Assembly (NCBI GenBank): GCA_963761305.1
Contig: CAVXGK010000001.1
Location: forward strand, 672,001-736,000
DNA length: 64,000 nucleotides
Direction: 5' to 3'
Source: an uncultured Gemmatimonadaceae bacterium
Lineage (GTDB): Bacteria > Gemmatimonadota > Gemmatimonadetes > Gemmatimonadales > Gemmatimonadaceae
Made by a program: the position numbers and the translations under genes. Under the pieces are notes generated by a model that was given only the letters and a program-made list of their open reading frames with translations, was not told the origin of the DNA and ran no database searches. The stretch's first letter is position 1; every line of letters begins with the position of its first letter. Of this stretch, positions 29,402 through 39,898 are shown piece after piece.

Positions 29402-29601
29402 CGTTCCGTCACTCGACGAAGCATGGTAGGCGCGTCTGTTTTAGCTAAACTACTATGCGTTATTGACTTACGATTGTTGACGCCGTGACGACGCGCGAGC
29501 ACGCAGGGTGCATGAGGTTCCTGGACCGTTGCCCTTGACGAAGGAGTCGGGGGGGTTTGACTTCTTGTTCTCAGACGATCGTCTGGAGGGATTTTCCCCC
29601 C

Positions 29602-30432
29602 ATGCAGGGTTTGCAGGCAACCTTTTCTCGTCCTTTGGGTGTGCGACCTGCTGCTCCGGCCGACGCCGCGCACGGGCGCACGAGTTCGATGCGCCCAGCT
29701 CTCGTCCTCGATAGGGAGCGCACTATTACGTCGACAGCGTACGCCGACGTCGGTTTCGCTCTTGGATCGCAAGGCGAGGTCGCTCCTCGCGAACGCGACG
29801 AGGTCATGTCGCGCGCTCTGAACGTGGTGATCGCGGGACTCGCGCTCATCGTCTTGGCTCCGTTGATCGGGCTCATCGCGTTGGCGGTCAGGCTGACGTC
29901 GCGCGGTCCCGTGCTCTACTCCCAGATCCGAGTCGGCGTGGACCGCCGATGGCGCTTCGCGCGGAATTGTGACCGGCGTCTCTATGACTACGGCGGCCGC
30001 TTGTTCACGATGTACAAGTTCCGCACGATGCAGGTCAATGCCGAGCCCGACGGCCGCGCGGTGTGGGCGTCCAAGCTGGATCCGCGTGTGACGCTCATCG
30101 GGCGTTTCCTGCGCGGCACGCGTCTCGACGAGCTGCCGCAGCTGTGGAACGTCCTTCGCGGCGACATGAATATCGTAGGCCCGCGGCCGGAGCGCCCGAC
30201 GATCTTCGCCGAGCTCCGTCGCCACATTCCTGAGTACCAGCAGCGCCAGCGCGTCAAACCGGGCATCACCGGGTGGGCGCAGGTCAACCAGTCGTACGAC
30301 GCGTGCCTCGACGACGTGCGGCAGAAGGTGCAGCTCGACCTCGAGTACGTGCGCCGGCAGGGCATCATGGAAGACCTTCGCATCATGTCGATGACGGTCC
30401 CCGTTATTCTCTTCCGAAAGGGCGGTTGGTAG
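29602..30432 (+). CDS. Priming sugar transferase (undecaprenyl-phosphate glycosylphosphotransferase, Bac_transf)
   Basis: KFRTM, DPRVT, LDELPQLWNVLRGDMNIVGPRPE, VKPGITGWAQV; start uncertain. Confidence 0.93.
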   Translation: MQGLQATFSRPLGVRPAAPADAAHGRTSSMRPALVLDRERTITSTAYADVGFALGSQGEVAPRERDEVMSRALNVVIAGLALIVLAPLIGLIALAVRLTSRGPVLYSQIRVGVDRRWRFARNCDRRLYDYGGRLFTMYKFRTMQVNAEPDGRAVWASKLDPRVTLIGRFLRGTRLDELPQLWNVLRGDMNIVGPRPERPTIFAELRRHIPEYQQRQRVKPGITGWAQVNQSYDACLDDVRQKVQLDLEYVRRQGIMEDLRIMSMTVPVILFRKGGW

Positions 30433-30455
30433 GTAGCCAGCTTAGTGGGGGAAGC

Positions 30456-30491
30456 ACAAACGGCCGGCCTCGAACGAGGCCGGCCGTTTGT
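30456..30491. terminator. Probable bidirectional intrinsic terminator
   Basis: Perfect inverted repeat ACAAACGGCCGGCCTCG-AA-CGAGGCCGGCCGTTTGT between convergent genes. Confidence 0.8.
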
Positions 30492-30501
30492 TTACCGGAC
30501 G

Positions 30502-31107
30502 TCAGCCGGTCGCTCGGCGCGGGCGAACGCGTACAATCAGGGCGTCGACGCCAGACGAGACGCGATCGTAGATCGCCGCTATCGCGTCAGCATCGAGCGT
30601 GTACGGGTCGGGAATCGACGGTCCGAGCGGCTGCCGCTTCTCGACGCCACCGAGCAGAATCGTTTTACGAGCCGACCGCGGAAACCGTGCGACGACCTCA
30701 GCTTCGTTTCGGTAATCCATGACGCAGATCAGATCGGCCCGATTGACCATCAATCGGCTGATCATCTGAGATCTGTGGGTCGCGAGCGAGATGCCGAGCC
30801 GAGTACCGGCGGCGACGGCACGGGGATCGGCAGCGCGTCCATTGGTCGTCCAGGTGCCCGCTGACGCGACTGCGAACTCTGGGCTCGCCGATCCCAGACG
30901 CGCGCGAAAGAGCTCGGCCGCCACGGGGCTGCGCATGACATTCCCGTGACAGATGAACAGAAACGAACGCGGCGACCGACCTAGCTTGCTCCGGTCGGAA
31001 CGAAGCCCGAGCCAGCGCGCGACTCGCAGGCGCACGTACGTGAGCAGCATGACCGGCGGCATCCCCTCGCAATCCCTGATCGCGCCGACGATGAAGTTCG
31101 GCAGCAC
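30502..31107 (-). CDS. Low-molecular-weight protein tyrosine phosphatase (Wzb-like)
   Basis: LFICHGNVMRS (Cx5R), SAGT, ADLICVMD, IPDPY; start uncertain (frame open to 31302). Confidence 0.85.
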   Translation of the reverse strand: MLPNFIVGAIRDCEGMPPVMLLTYVRLRVARWLGLRSDRSKLGRSPRSFLFICHGNVMRSPVAAELFRARLGSASPEFAVASAGTWTTNGRAADPRAVAAGTRLGISLATHRSQMISRLMVNRADLICVMDYRNEAEVVARFPRSARKTILLGGVEKRQPLGPSIPDPYTLDADAIAAIYDRVSSGVDALIVRVRPRRATG

Positions 31108-31207
31108 GCGTTTGAGGCGAGCGCGGAGGTCTGAGCGATTCGACTGAATCGAGGTGGTCGGAGGGGGGACTGCGACGGTGTTGGCGACTCCGGGATGGTA
31201 TTCTCCG

Positions 31208-32389
31208 TCAAACGGTAGGGGCGACGACCTCTCGTCGCGTCGGCTCCCAGATCTTGTCTTCGCGAGCGCGCAGGAGTCGAGCGACGGCGTGAACGACGGC
31301 AACGTTAGCTGCGATTCCGAAGGCTATCACGCTGATCGGTCGAGGCATCGGCCTTGCTTCCGGCCAGAGCGCGCCCACCGCGGCGACGATCCCCACGAGC
31401 AACGCGCCGGCGGCGAGCCAAGCGGCCCACGCGTGCGTGGGTGCGAGAGTCAACAACGCGAAAAACGCCGGAATCCCACAGACCGGGACGAGCCAGCGGC
31501 ACACCTTGTGACTGATCAGCTTCCAGGCGAACGAACCGTAGCGCATCGGGTCCATCATGAAGCGCACGCGGTACAACGTCTCCATGCCCCGCGAAATCGT
31601 CCGGACTTTTCGAACGTACTCGCGGCGGAGCGAGGGCGTTCGAGGAACGTAGGCGATGGCGTCGTACACCGAGACGGACCTGAAGCCGTGCTCGCGCGCG
31701 GTCAACGGCGCAGAGAAGTCGCGACTGAGGTCCGCCGGAATGGGGAGTCTGTGAAGCTCGCTTCGAATCGCATAGCAGCAGCCCGATGCGCCGACGATTC
31801 CGCCGGCCCGCGTCTCGAGATCGCGCAACCGCATCTCGTAGCCGACATACCCGGCCTCCACGGAGTTGGCGGAGGCGTGGGCCACGGCGGTGCTGACGTC
31901 GCGCCCCGAGGCGACGCCCACGCCGGGATCCTCGAGGCTCGCCACAAGCTGTCGGACCGCGCTTCGGTGCAGCCGAGTCGATGCGTCCGAATTGACGACG
32001 ATCTCACCCCGGATGGCCTCACAGGCGGCGTTCTCGATGGCGGTCTTACCGCTGCGCACCGGCATGCGCAACAGCTCCACCCCCTGCGGGGCGTACGAGC
32101 GGACGATAGAGTCGGTGGCGTCGGTGGACGCATCGGAGACGACGATGATTTGGCGCCGGTCGGCCGGATAGTCCTGGGCGAGCAGCGCCTCGATCGCCCC
32201 GGCGATCTGTCGCTCTTCGTTGTACGCTGGTACGACAACGGTTACGGTGGGCTGAATTCCTCCCGGAACGGCTCGAGTCCTACCCTCGCGGCCCTTGGCC
32301 ATGAACCACAAGAAGGCCGGGTAGACGCCGTAGCCGTACAGCATCAGGCACGGAGGCAAGAGCACGAGCGTGTACGCGACGGCGATCAT
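31208..32389 (-). CDS. Glycosyltransferase family 2 (CESA-like, membrane-bound)
   Basis: VVVPAYNEE, VSDASTD, NSDAS, TM helices at both ends. Confidence 0.9.
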   Translation of the reverse strand: MIAVAYTLVLLPPCLMLYGYGVYPAFLWFMAKGREGRTRAVPGGIQPTVTVVVPAYNEERQIAGAIEALLAQDYPADRRQIIVVSDASTDATDSIVRSYAPQGVELLRMPVRSGKTAIENAACEAIRGEIVVNSDASTRLHRSAVRQLVASLEDPGVGVASGRDVSTAVAHASANSVEAGYVGYEMRLRDLETRAGGIVGASGCCYAIRSELHRLPIPADLSRDFSAPLTAREHGFRSVSVYDAIAYVPRTPSLRREYVRKVRTISRGMETLYRVRFMMDPMRYGSFAWKLISHKVCRWLVPVCGIPAFFALLTLAPTHAWAAWLAAGALLVGIVAAVGALWPEARPMPRPISVIAFGIAANVAVVHAVARLLRAREDKIWEPTRREVVAPTV

Positions 32390-32618
32390 CTGGGAACTGG
32401 TTCGGCGAGGGTGTGGGGATCGGCGGGCGGCTTCGGAGTCCGGCGAGACAGGGACCGCCGGCGATGTGTCAAGGTCATTTGGTCTAACAGGCTGTTCCAG
32501 GCAAGAAAGGTTGCTTGTCTAATCAAGCCTCGTCGATAGCTTAACATGTTGTGCCTCAAAGGCCTCGGGACACGCCCAGAGGCCGCTGCAACGCCAGACG
32601 CCGCCGAGCTCCGCCCGC

Positions 32619-34070
32619 ATGGCCACTCCGCTTAGACGTCCGCCAGTTCGACGTCCGCCGATTCAGGGACCGGGGCGACCGCCCGTGCGGGCAGGACGGT
32701 TCGCGGCCTCGCGCCCACGTGATGGCAATACCGCGGCGGCGGCCGCCCACAAAGCGACGAGCTTCTTCAAGGATCCGTTTCGAATCGGCATCTCCCTTCT
32801 CCTGATCGACACGATCAGCAAGACGAGCGGAGAGATTCCCGCCGCGGCGTCGATACGCCCGGGCCTTCTGCTCTTTGTGGGTTGCGCGTTCTACGCCGTG
32901 CTCAATTCGAAGAAGGTGCTCAACCTGCACGTATTTCAATACCGCGTGCCGCAAATGATCGCCGGTCAGGCGCTGATCGCGTGTGGATCGGCGCTTTTTG
33001 GAATCTCGCTGGGCCACTCCGCCGTCTACATCATCACGACCTACTGGAAGACACTCGCGCTCGCGTTTCTGCTCCTCGTGAGTCTTCGAACGATCGATGA
33101 TGTTCGCCGGATGGTGTGGGCGACGGCGGCCGGCGGCCTGCTGCTGGCGTTCGTCTCGGTCTTCGTCAATCACGTGTCGAAGACGCGAGGCGGCGCGGTG
33201 TACGACGCGAACGACATCGGCACGATCGTGGTAATGACGCTGCCGCTGGTCATATTCGCCGCTCAGATGAGCAAGGGCCTCGTACGCATGCTCTGCATCG
33301 CGGGGCTCCTCATGATCGCGGCGTGCATCGTGCTTTCTGAATCCCGCGGCGCGTTCGTCGGCACGCTATTCGTCGGGGCCGCGATTCTGTTGTTCCTGCC
33401 AGGGATTTCCGCCGTCAAGCGAATCATGTACGTCGCGGCGATCGGTACCACGCTGGCCGTGTTCGCGCCAGCGGGCTACTGGGATACGATCATCAACACC
33501 TTCACGAATCCGACGGCCGACTACAACTGGGATGCTGGCCAGGGGCGACGTCAGCTCGCCAAGCGCGGCATCGGCTACATGATGGACTATCCGATCTTCG
33601 GATTGGGCATCGACAATTTCGAGATGGAGGAAGGGTTGTTGTCCGATTACGCGCTGTCCCAAACGGCGCGTGGCATCGGGGTGAAATGGTCGGCCCCGCA
33701 CAACTCGTGGGTGGAGGCCGGGGCGGAGACGGGAATTCCCGGCGTACTGTTGTGGGCGGCGCTAGTGGTGGGCAGTTCCGTGTCGCTGATCAAACTTCGG
33801 AAGCGGATGCCGAAGTCGTGGGCCAGCGACGGAACACCCGATCAACGCTTCGTCTATCTCGCGACGCTGTACGTACCCATCGCCCTGCTGGGCTTCGTCG
33901 TCTGCGCCACCTTCGTGTCGTTCGCGTGGAGCGATCAATCTTACGTGCTGCCGGCGATCGCGATGGGAGTCCAGATGGTCTGCGAGAAACAGTTCGGCCT
34001 CAGCCTACGAGCTCCCGCGCCGCGCGTTACGCGCGCGGGTCGCGGCGCGCTGAGACCCAGCGCTCTCTAG
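32619..34070 (+). CDS. O-antigen ligase / Wzy-like polymerase family membrane protein
   Basis: Many TM helices, DANDIG, SESRGAF, PIFGLGIDNF, APHNSW. Confidence 0.85.
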   Translation: MATPLRRPPVRRPPIQGPGRPPVRAGRFAASRPRDGNTAAAAAHKATSFFKDPFRIGISLLLIDTISKTSGEIPAAASIRPGLLLFVGCAFYAVLNSKKVLNLHVFQYRVPQMIAGQALIACGSALFGISLGHSAVYIITTYWKTLALAFLLLVSLRTIDDVRRMVWATAAGGLLLAFVSVFVNHVSKTRGGAVYDANDIGTIVVMTLPLVIFAAQMSKGLVRMLCIAGLLMIAACIVLSESRGAFVGTLFVGAAILLFLPGISAVKRIMYVAAIGTTLAVFAPAGYWDTIINTFTNPTADYNWDAGQGRRQLAKRGIGYMMDYPIFGLGIDNFEMEEGLLSDYALSQTARGIGVKWSAPHNSWVEAGAETGIPGVLLWAALVVGSSVSLIKLRKRMPKSWASDGTPDQRFVYLATLYVPIALLGFVVCATFVSFAWSDQSYVLPAIAMGVQMVCEKQFGLSLRAPAPRVTRAGRGALRPSAL

Positions 34071-34098
34071 CCTTCGGGCCTTCATTCTGGACCGACGT

Positions 34099-35295
34099 GT
34101 GTCGCCGGACCCCAACGTTGTCCTGGTAACCGACGGCGAGCAGCGCGCGGCCCTCGCGGCCGTCCGGTCGCTCGGAGCGTCGGGATTCAGAGTGATCGTC
34201 GCGTCGACCCGAAAGAAGTCGCTCGCCGGCGCATCGCGATTCGCCCATCGCCGAATTCAAGTTCCATCCGCGCTCGACGACTCGGCCGCGTTTTTCGCCG
34301 GAATCGAGACGGCGGTGCACGAGCACTCGGTTGGCCTCCTCATTCCCATCGCGGACGACTCCTTGCTCCCGATCCTCGACGCGCGGCATCGCCTGCCGGG
34401 AGTGACGATTCCGTTCGCCTCCCTCGATCAAGTTCGACGCATCTCGGACAAGGCGACGCTCCTCGACGTCGCGCGCAGCCTCGGGATCGCCGTCCCCGAA
34501 CAGCACACGGTCGAACACGCCGACGCGGTGGACGAAACGGACTTCACCACGCTTCCGTTTCCGCTCGTCCTCAAGCCGTCGCGTTCGGTCGTCGACATCG
34601 GAGACGCGCGGAAGAAGGTGGGCGTCTCGCACGCCAGCGATCCGGCGGAACTGGCCGAGCGGCTGCGCGAGTATCCGAAACAGGCATTCCCCATCTTGCT
34701 GCAGCAGCGAATCGTCGGACCCGGCATCGGCGTGTTTCTGCTCGTCTGGGACGGCGAGACGGTTGCCGCGTTCGGGCATCGGCGAATCCGCGAACATCCG
34801 CCCTCGGGCGGCGTGAGCGTCTACCGCGAGGCAATCGTCCCCGATCGCGAGCTCGTCGCGAAGTCTCGAGCGCTACTCGACTGCTTCGCCTGGCAGGGCG
34901 TCGCCATGGTCGAGTACAAACTCGATACGCGCACGGGGGTTCCGTATTTGATGGAGGTGAACGGCCGGTTTTGGGGATCGCTGCAGCTCGCGATCGACGC
35001 GGGCGTCGACTTTCCGACGTTGCTCGCCCGGGTCTCGCAAACCGGTGCGGCGCTGCCCACCGCGACGGGGCACGCCGGGATCAAGAGCCGGTGGGAATGG
35101 GGTGACGCCAACCATCTGTTGGCTCGCCTCAGGAAATCGCGCGAGGAGCTCGCGCTTCCCTCGGACGCGCCGTCGCTCGCCCGCACGATGATGGACATGT
35201 GCACGTGGCGGCGCGGCGACCGGCTGGAGGTTCTGCGGCTGTCCGATCCGGCACCGTTCCTCCGCGAAACGATCGACTGGTTCAGACGGCGATGA
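34099..35295 (+). CDS. ATP-grasp carboxylate-amine ligase
   Basis: SDKA, FPLVLKP, LLQQRIVG, GVAMVEYK, LMEVNGRFWGSL, AGVDFP. Confidence 0.88.
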   Translation: MSPDPNVVLVTDGEQRAALAAVRSLGASGFRVIVASTRKKSLAGASRFAHRRIQVPSALDDSAAFFAGIETAVHEHSVGLLIPIADDSLLPILDARHRLPGVTIPFASLDQVRRISDKATLLDVARSLGIAVPEQHTVEHADAVDETDFTTLPFPLVLKPSRSVVDIGDARKKVGVSHASDPAELAERLREYPKQAFPILLQQRIVGPGIGVFLLVWDGETVAAFGHRRIREHPPSGGVSVYREAIVPDRELVAKSRALLDCFAWQGVAMVEYKLDTRTGVPYLMEVNGRFWGSLQLAIDAGVDFPTLLARVSQTGAALPTATGHAGIKSRWEWGDANHLLARLRKSREELALPSDAPSLARTMMDMCTWRRGDRLEVLRLSDPAPFLRETIDWFRRR

Positions 35296-36446
35296 CGCGG
35301 CAGCGAGTGCGTGTCCTGCACGTCGTGCAGAGCCTCAACTGGGGTGGGATGGAACGCGTCGTCTCCGATTTGATCACACACACGAACGCGGACCGGTTCG
35401 AGCAGCACCTGCTGTGCCTTCAGTACCTCGGGCGTTTCTCCGAGGGATTGGAGAAGGTGGCGACGCTGCACGTCGCCGAGCCGATGTCGCGACTCTCCCT
35501 GGTCAATCCACGCACACTCGCGCGGCAGATCGCTCGCATCGCGCCGGACGTGGTTCACACGCACAGCGGTGTGTGGTACAAGACGTCGCTCGCGGCCCGG
35601 CGTGCCGGCGTCCGGCGGCTCGTCCACACCGAGCATGGGCGGCGGACGCCCGATCCGTGGTCGGACCGCCTGCTCGACGGGGCGGCGGCGCGGCGGACCG
35701 ACGTCGTGGTCGCGGTCTCCGACCGCCTCGCGCGCGCGCTGCCGCGCGCGCTCCGCGTGCGGACAGCCAAGGTGGTATGCATTCCCAATGGCGTCGACAC
35801 GCGGCTGTACCGGCCGGTGCCGGACACGGGCGTTCTTCGGCACGAACTGGGACTCTCGGCGTCGACAGTCGTCATTGGAAGCATCGGGCGGCTCGAACCG
35901 GTGAAGGCGTACGACGGTATGGTGGACGCGTTCGCCGACTTCGCGCGGCGCCCCGCCGGCCGCGAGGCGGTGCTCGTCGTCGCCGGAGAAGGGAGCACGC
36001 GCGACGCGCTCGACGCGCAGATCGCGCGGCGTGGACTATCGGGACGTGTGCACTTGCTGGGTTGGCGAAGCGATATCAACGATCTCTTATCAGCGTTTAC
36101 GATATTCTCGATGTCGTCGATGAGCGAGGGAACGTCGATCAGCCTGCTCGAGGCGATGAGCATGGGGCTTCCGCCGGTGGTCACCGACGTCGGCGGGAAT
36201 GCGGACGTCTTGGGCCCGTCGCTGTCCTCGGGTCTGGTCCCCTTCGGGAATTCCACGGCTTTGGCCGACGCCTGGGAGACGAACCTCGCCGGGCGCGAAA
36301 CGGCGAGCCAGGCGGCGCGCGCGCGCGTGCTCGGAGGATTCGACCTCGACGCGGTCGCCGCGGCGTATGAGCGTGTCTATCTCACGCATGCGGGCGAGCC
36401 AGCCGGCGCCATCGACGCGTCGCCGCGCGCGCGGATGGCGACATGA
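35292..36446 (+). CDS. Glycosyltransferase family 4
   Basis: GGMERV, HTEHG, IPNGVD, GRLEPVK, EGTSISLLEAM; ATGA overlap with the upstream gene. Confidence 0.92.
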   Translation: MTRQRVRVLHVVQSLNWGGMERVVSDLITHTNADRFEQHLLCLQYLGRFSEGLEKVATLHVAEPMSRLSLVNPRTLARQIARIAPDVVHTHSGVWYKTSLAARRAGVRRLVHTEHGRRTPDPWSDRLLDGAAARRTDVVVAVSDRLARALPRALRVRTAKVVCIPNGVDTRLYRPVPDTGVLRHELGLSASTVVIGSIGRLEPVKAYDGMVDAFADFARRPAGREAVLVVAGEGSTRDALDAQIARRGLSGRVHLLGWRSDINDLLSAFTIFSMSSMSEGTSISLLEAMSMGLPPVVTDVGGNADVLGPSLSSGLVPFGNSTALADAWETNLAGRETASQAARARVLGGFDLDAVAAAYERVYLTHAGEPAGAIDASPRARMAT

Positions 36447-37546
36447 AGCTGCTTCACGTCGTCGGGGCGCGCCCGAATTTTCCGAAGCTGGCGCCGGTGC
36501 ATCGCGCGGCGGAGGCGGCCGGCCTCGACCAGTGCGTCGTGCACACGGGACAGCACTACGACGACGCGCTCTCCGCGTCGTTCTTCCGCGACCTCGCGAT
36601 CCGACCGCCCGACGTGAACCTCGAAGTCGGGTCGTCGTCGCATGCCGTGCAGGTGGCGCGAATCATGGAGCGCTTCGAGCCTGTGCTCGAGCGATACGCG
36701 CCGGACTGGGTCGTGGTGTACGGCGACGTCAACTCCACCGCCGCCGCGGCACTCGTCGCGTCGAAGCTCGGGGTTCGCGTGGCGCACGTCGAAGCCGGAC
36801 TTCGCAGCTACGATCGGCGCATGCCGGAAGAGATCAATCGCATCGTGACCGATCGCCTCGCGGATCTGTTGCTCGTGCCGTCGCGCGACGCCGTCGAGAC
36901 GCTCAAATCGGAAGGCGAGCCAGACCACGAGATCGAGTTCGTCGGGAACGTGATGATCGACTCGTTGTTCTTCGCGCTGGACGCCGCGAGACAAACAGCG
37001 TTCGGGCAGTCCATCGGATTGGCTCCCGGCAGCGCGTTCGTCGTCACGCTCCACCGTCCGTCGAATGTCGACGACGACGATCGGCTCGAATCGATCGCCG
37101 GCGTTCTGCGCCGGCTGGCCGAGCACGCGCCCGTCGTCTTCGCGGCGCATCCTCGGACGGCGAAGCGTCTCGCGGCCGCTGGGACATCGCTCGGCAAGAC
37201 ACAGCTGCTCGATCCGCTGCCCTATCCAAAGATGCTGAACCTGGTGGAGGGAGCGCGCGCGGTCATCACCGATTCCGGCGGACTCCAGGAGGAGACGACC
37301 GCGCTCGGCGTTCCCTGCCTCACCGTGCGCGAGAACACGGAGCGCCCGATCACGGTGACCGAGGGCACGAACCGCCTCGTGCCGGATCCGCGCGATCTCT
37401 TCGACGCCGCGATGGCGGCGACGCGCTCGGCGATCCAACAGCGGCCCGAGGGTTGGGACGGGCGGGCGGCGGATCGCGTCGTCGCGGCGTTTTGTTCGCG
37501 CGAGACACCGACTCGCACGATTCACGGTCGGACCGGCGGGGGCTGA
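36443..37546 (+). CDS. wecB: UDP-N-acetylglucosamine 2-epimerase (non-hydrolysing)
   Basis: VGARPNF, HTGQHY, GDVNST, HVEAGLRS, MPEEINR, TDSGGLQEE, RENTERP. Confidence 0.95.
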   Translation: MKLLHVVGARPNFPKLAPVHRAAEAAGLDQCVVHTGQHYDDALSASFFRDLAIRPPDVNLEVGSSSHAVQVARIMERFEPVLERYAPDWVVVYGDVNSTAAAALVASKLGVRVAHVEAGLRSYDRRMPEEINRIVTDRLADLLLVPSRDAVETLKSEGEPDHEIEFVGNVMIDSLFFALDAARQTAFGQSIGLAPGSAFVVTLHRPSNVDDDDRLESIAGVLRRLAEHAPVVFAAHPRTAKRLAAAGTSLGKTQLLDPLPYPKMLNLVEGARAVITDSGGLQEETTALGVPCLTVRENTERPITVTEGTNRLVPDPRDLFDAAMAATRSAIQQRPEGWDGRAADRVVAAFCSRETPTRTIHGRTGGG

Positions 37547-37559
37547 CGCGCAATCATCG

Positions 37560-38984
37560 ATGCCGGGGTCTCTTCCCACACCATTCTTCGAGTCCAACGC
37601 GGGCGACGGTTCGGCCGCGCAGCGGCGTCGCCTGCTGCTCGTCAGTTACCACTTTCCGCCGGACGACGCTGTGGGTGGGCTCCGGTGGGAGCAGATGTCG
37701 AGGTTTTTCGTCGCGGACGGCTGGGCAGTCGACGTGATCATGCGCGACGTCGCCAAACTGCAATCCCCCGACATGCGGCGCCTGCAGCAACTGTCGCCCG
37801 GCATCCGGATCTACTCAGCGACGGAGACCGACCCGTTGCTCGCGCGAATGGAGAGCGGGATGTTGCGCGTGGCGCGATCGCTGCGCGCGCGGCCGCGCGC
37901 CGCGTCGGCGCGTGCGGGCGTCGGTCTCGGGGAAAGGAGAAACGACGCGGCGCCCGTCGCCGGCGCACCAAGGCCAAAGAAAAACCGCTGGCTGGTGCAC
38001 GCGCACGCGGCCGTCGTTCGCGTCGAGCGCGAAAAGGCGTGGGGCCGCGGCGCAATCGCGATCGGTGTCGCGCTCGCCCGCGCCAATCGCTACGACGTCG
38101 TCGTCAGCTCGGGCCCGCCCCACATGGTTCACGACACCGCGAGAACGCTCGCGCTGCGGTGCGGCCTTCCGCTGGTGATGGATCTGCGCGACCCGTGGAG
38201 CGCGTTCGAGCTGGAGCACGGCGACTCGACGAGCCGGGTCTGGTTCGCGATGGCGCGCCACTACGAACGCCGCGCGGTGCGCGCCGCGCGCCTCGTCGCC
38301 ATGAACACGGATCTTGCTCGCGACGAGATGCGGCGCCTTCATCCCGATGCCGCCGCTCGCATCGTCACGGTCGGCAACGGGAGCGACGACGACGCAATTC
38401 CGTCCGTCGACGCGACCGATCGATTCGTCGTCCGATTCGCCGGCTCGATCTACCTGGACCGCGACCCGGGACCGTTCTTCCGAGCCGCGGCGACGGTCGC
38501 GCGACGCCTCAACTTGACGCCAGCGCAGTTCGGCGCCGAGTTCATCGGCCAGGTGCACATGTTCAACGGACAAAGCGTTCGCGAAATGGCCGAGCGCGAG
38601 GGATTCGGCGACTTCTTGACGCTCGAGGGCGCCAGACCGCGCGACGACGCGCTGCGATTCCTCGCCGCCGCGACGATGTTGCTCAACCTGCCCCAGGCCA
38701 CGCATCAGTGCGTCCCGGCGAAGATGTTCGAGTACGTGCGGTTCAACGCGTGGCTCCTGGCGCTGGCCGAGCCCCACAGCGCGACGGCGCAGATGCTTCG
38801 TGGAACGACGGCCGACGTCGTCGCGCCCGGCGACGTCGACGAGATGGCTAACGTGATCGAGCGACGGTATCTCCAGTTCGTCGCCGGTGAGCGACCGATG
38901 CCGATCGGGGGCGACGGCCGCTTCGATCGTCGGCGGCAAGCCGAGATTCTGTTGGAGCACCTCTCGACGATCGTGTCGCGATGA
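37560..38984 (+). CDS. Glycosyltransferase family 4-like
   Basis: SYHFPP..VGGLR, SSGPP, DLRDPW, PAKMFEY. Confidence 0.85.
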   Translation: MPGSLPTPFFESNAGDGSAAQRRRLLLVSYHFPPDDAVGGLRWEQMSRFFVADGWAVDVIMRDVAKLQSPDMRRLQQLSPGIRIYSATETDPLLARMESGMLRVARSLRARPRAASARAGVGLGERRNDAAPVAGAPRPKKNRWLVHAHAAVVRVEREKAWGRGAIAIGVALARANRYDVVVSSGPPHMVHDTARTLALRCGLPLVMDLRDPWSAFELEHGDSTSRVWFAMARHYERRAVRAARLVAMNTDLARDEMRRLHPDAAARIVTVGNGSDDDAIPSVDATDRFVVRFAGSIYLDRDPGPFFRAAATVARRLNLTPAQFGAEFIGQVHMFNGQSVREMAEREGFGDFLTLEGARPRDDALRFLAAATMLLNLPQATHQCVPAKMFEYVRFNAWLLALAEPHSATAQMLRGTTADVVAPGDVDEMANVIERRYLQFVAGERPMPIGGDGRFDRRRQAEILLEHLSTIVSR

Positions 38985-39898
38985 ATCGGCGCCTCCGGGC
39001 GCTCGCGGAAGGCGCCATTCTCGGGAGCGGCATCACGCATCTGACGCGGCGCGCGCATCGCTCCCGGGTGCTGGTGCTCGCGTATCACAACATCGTGCCG
39101 ACGGGCGAAGTGATCGACGGCGATACGAACCTTCACCTGCCGCAGCGCGAGTTCGCGCTGCATCTCGATACGATCCGCCGGACGCACGACGTCGTACCGC
39201 TCACGGCGGTCCTCGAACCGCCGGCCGTGCCGTCGCGTCCGCGCGTCGCCATCACGTTCGACGACGCGTACGCCGGAGCGCTCTCCGCGGGACTCGCGGA
39301 ACTCGCTCGTCGCCAGATGCCCTCGACGATTTTCGTCGCGCCGGGACTTCTCGGGCGCGTCACGTGGTGGGATGCGCTGGCAAAACCCGGCGGCTTCGGT
39401 CTGCCGGAATCCGTTCGCGAGCACGCGCTCGAGCAGTTGGCCGGACGAGGAGAAGGCGTCGTCGAGTGGGCCCGTTCGTCGGGGAACCTGCCGGGCGGTC
39501 TCGAGGCGCGTCCACGCATCGCGCGCCTGGAGGATCTTCAGCGCGCGGCTTCGGCGCCGGGGGTGACGTTCGGTTCGCACACGTGGTCGCACCCGAACCT
39601 TCGCGCGCTGGCGTCGAACGTCGTGCACGAAGAACTCCGGTCGTCGATCGAGTGGCTCAACGCGTGGTTCCCGACGCAGACCATTCCGTGGCTGAGTTAT
39701 CCGTATGGGATTTGGTCGCAGCCGGTTTGCGAAGCGGCGGCGGAGGCGGGTTACACCGCGGCGGTGCGCGTCGACGGCGGGTGGGTCACGCGCGACGGCG
39801 GCGCGTCGCCCTACACGATTCCGCGGCTCAACGTGCCGTTCGGAATGTCCGTCAACGGACTGTCGCTGCGCCTCGCCGGAATCGCGGCAAGCCGCTGA
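38981..39898 (+). CDS. Polysaccharide deacetylase (CE4)
   Basis: LAYH, ITFDDAY, GSHTWSH, SYPYG. Confidence 0.9.
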   Translation: MNRRLRALAEGAILGSGITHLTRRAHRSRVLVLAYHNIVPTGEVIDGDTNLHLPQREFALHLDTIRRTHDVVPLTAVLEPPAVPSRPRVAITFDDAYAGALSAGLAELARRQMPSTIFVAPGLLGRVTWWDALAKPGGFGLPESVREHALEQLAGRGEGVVEWARSSGNLPGGLEARPRIARLEDLQRAASAPGVTFGSHTWSHPNLRALASNVVHEELRSSIEWLNAWFPTQTIPWLSYPYGIWSQPVCEAAAEAGYTAAVRVDGGWVTRDGGASPYTIPRLNVPFGMSVNGLSLRLAGIAASR

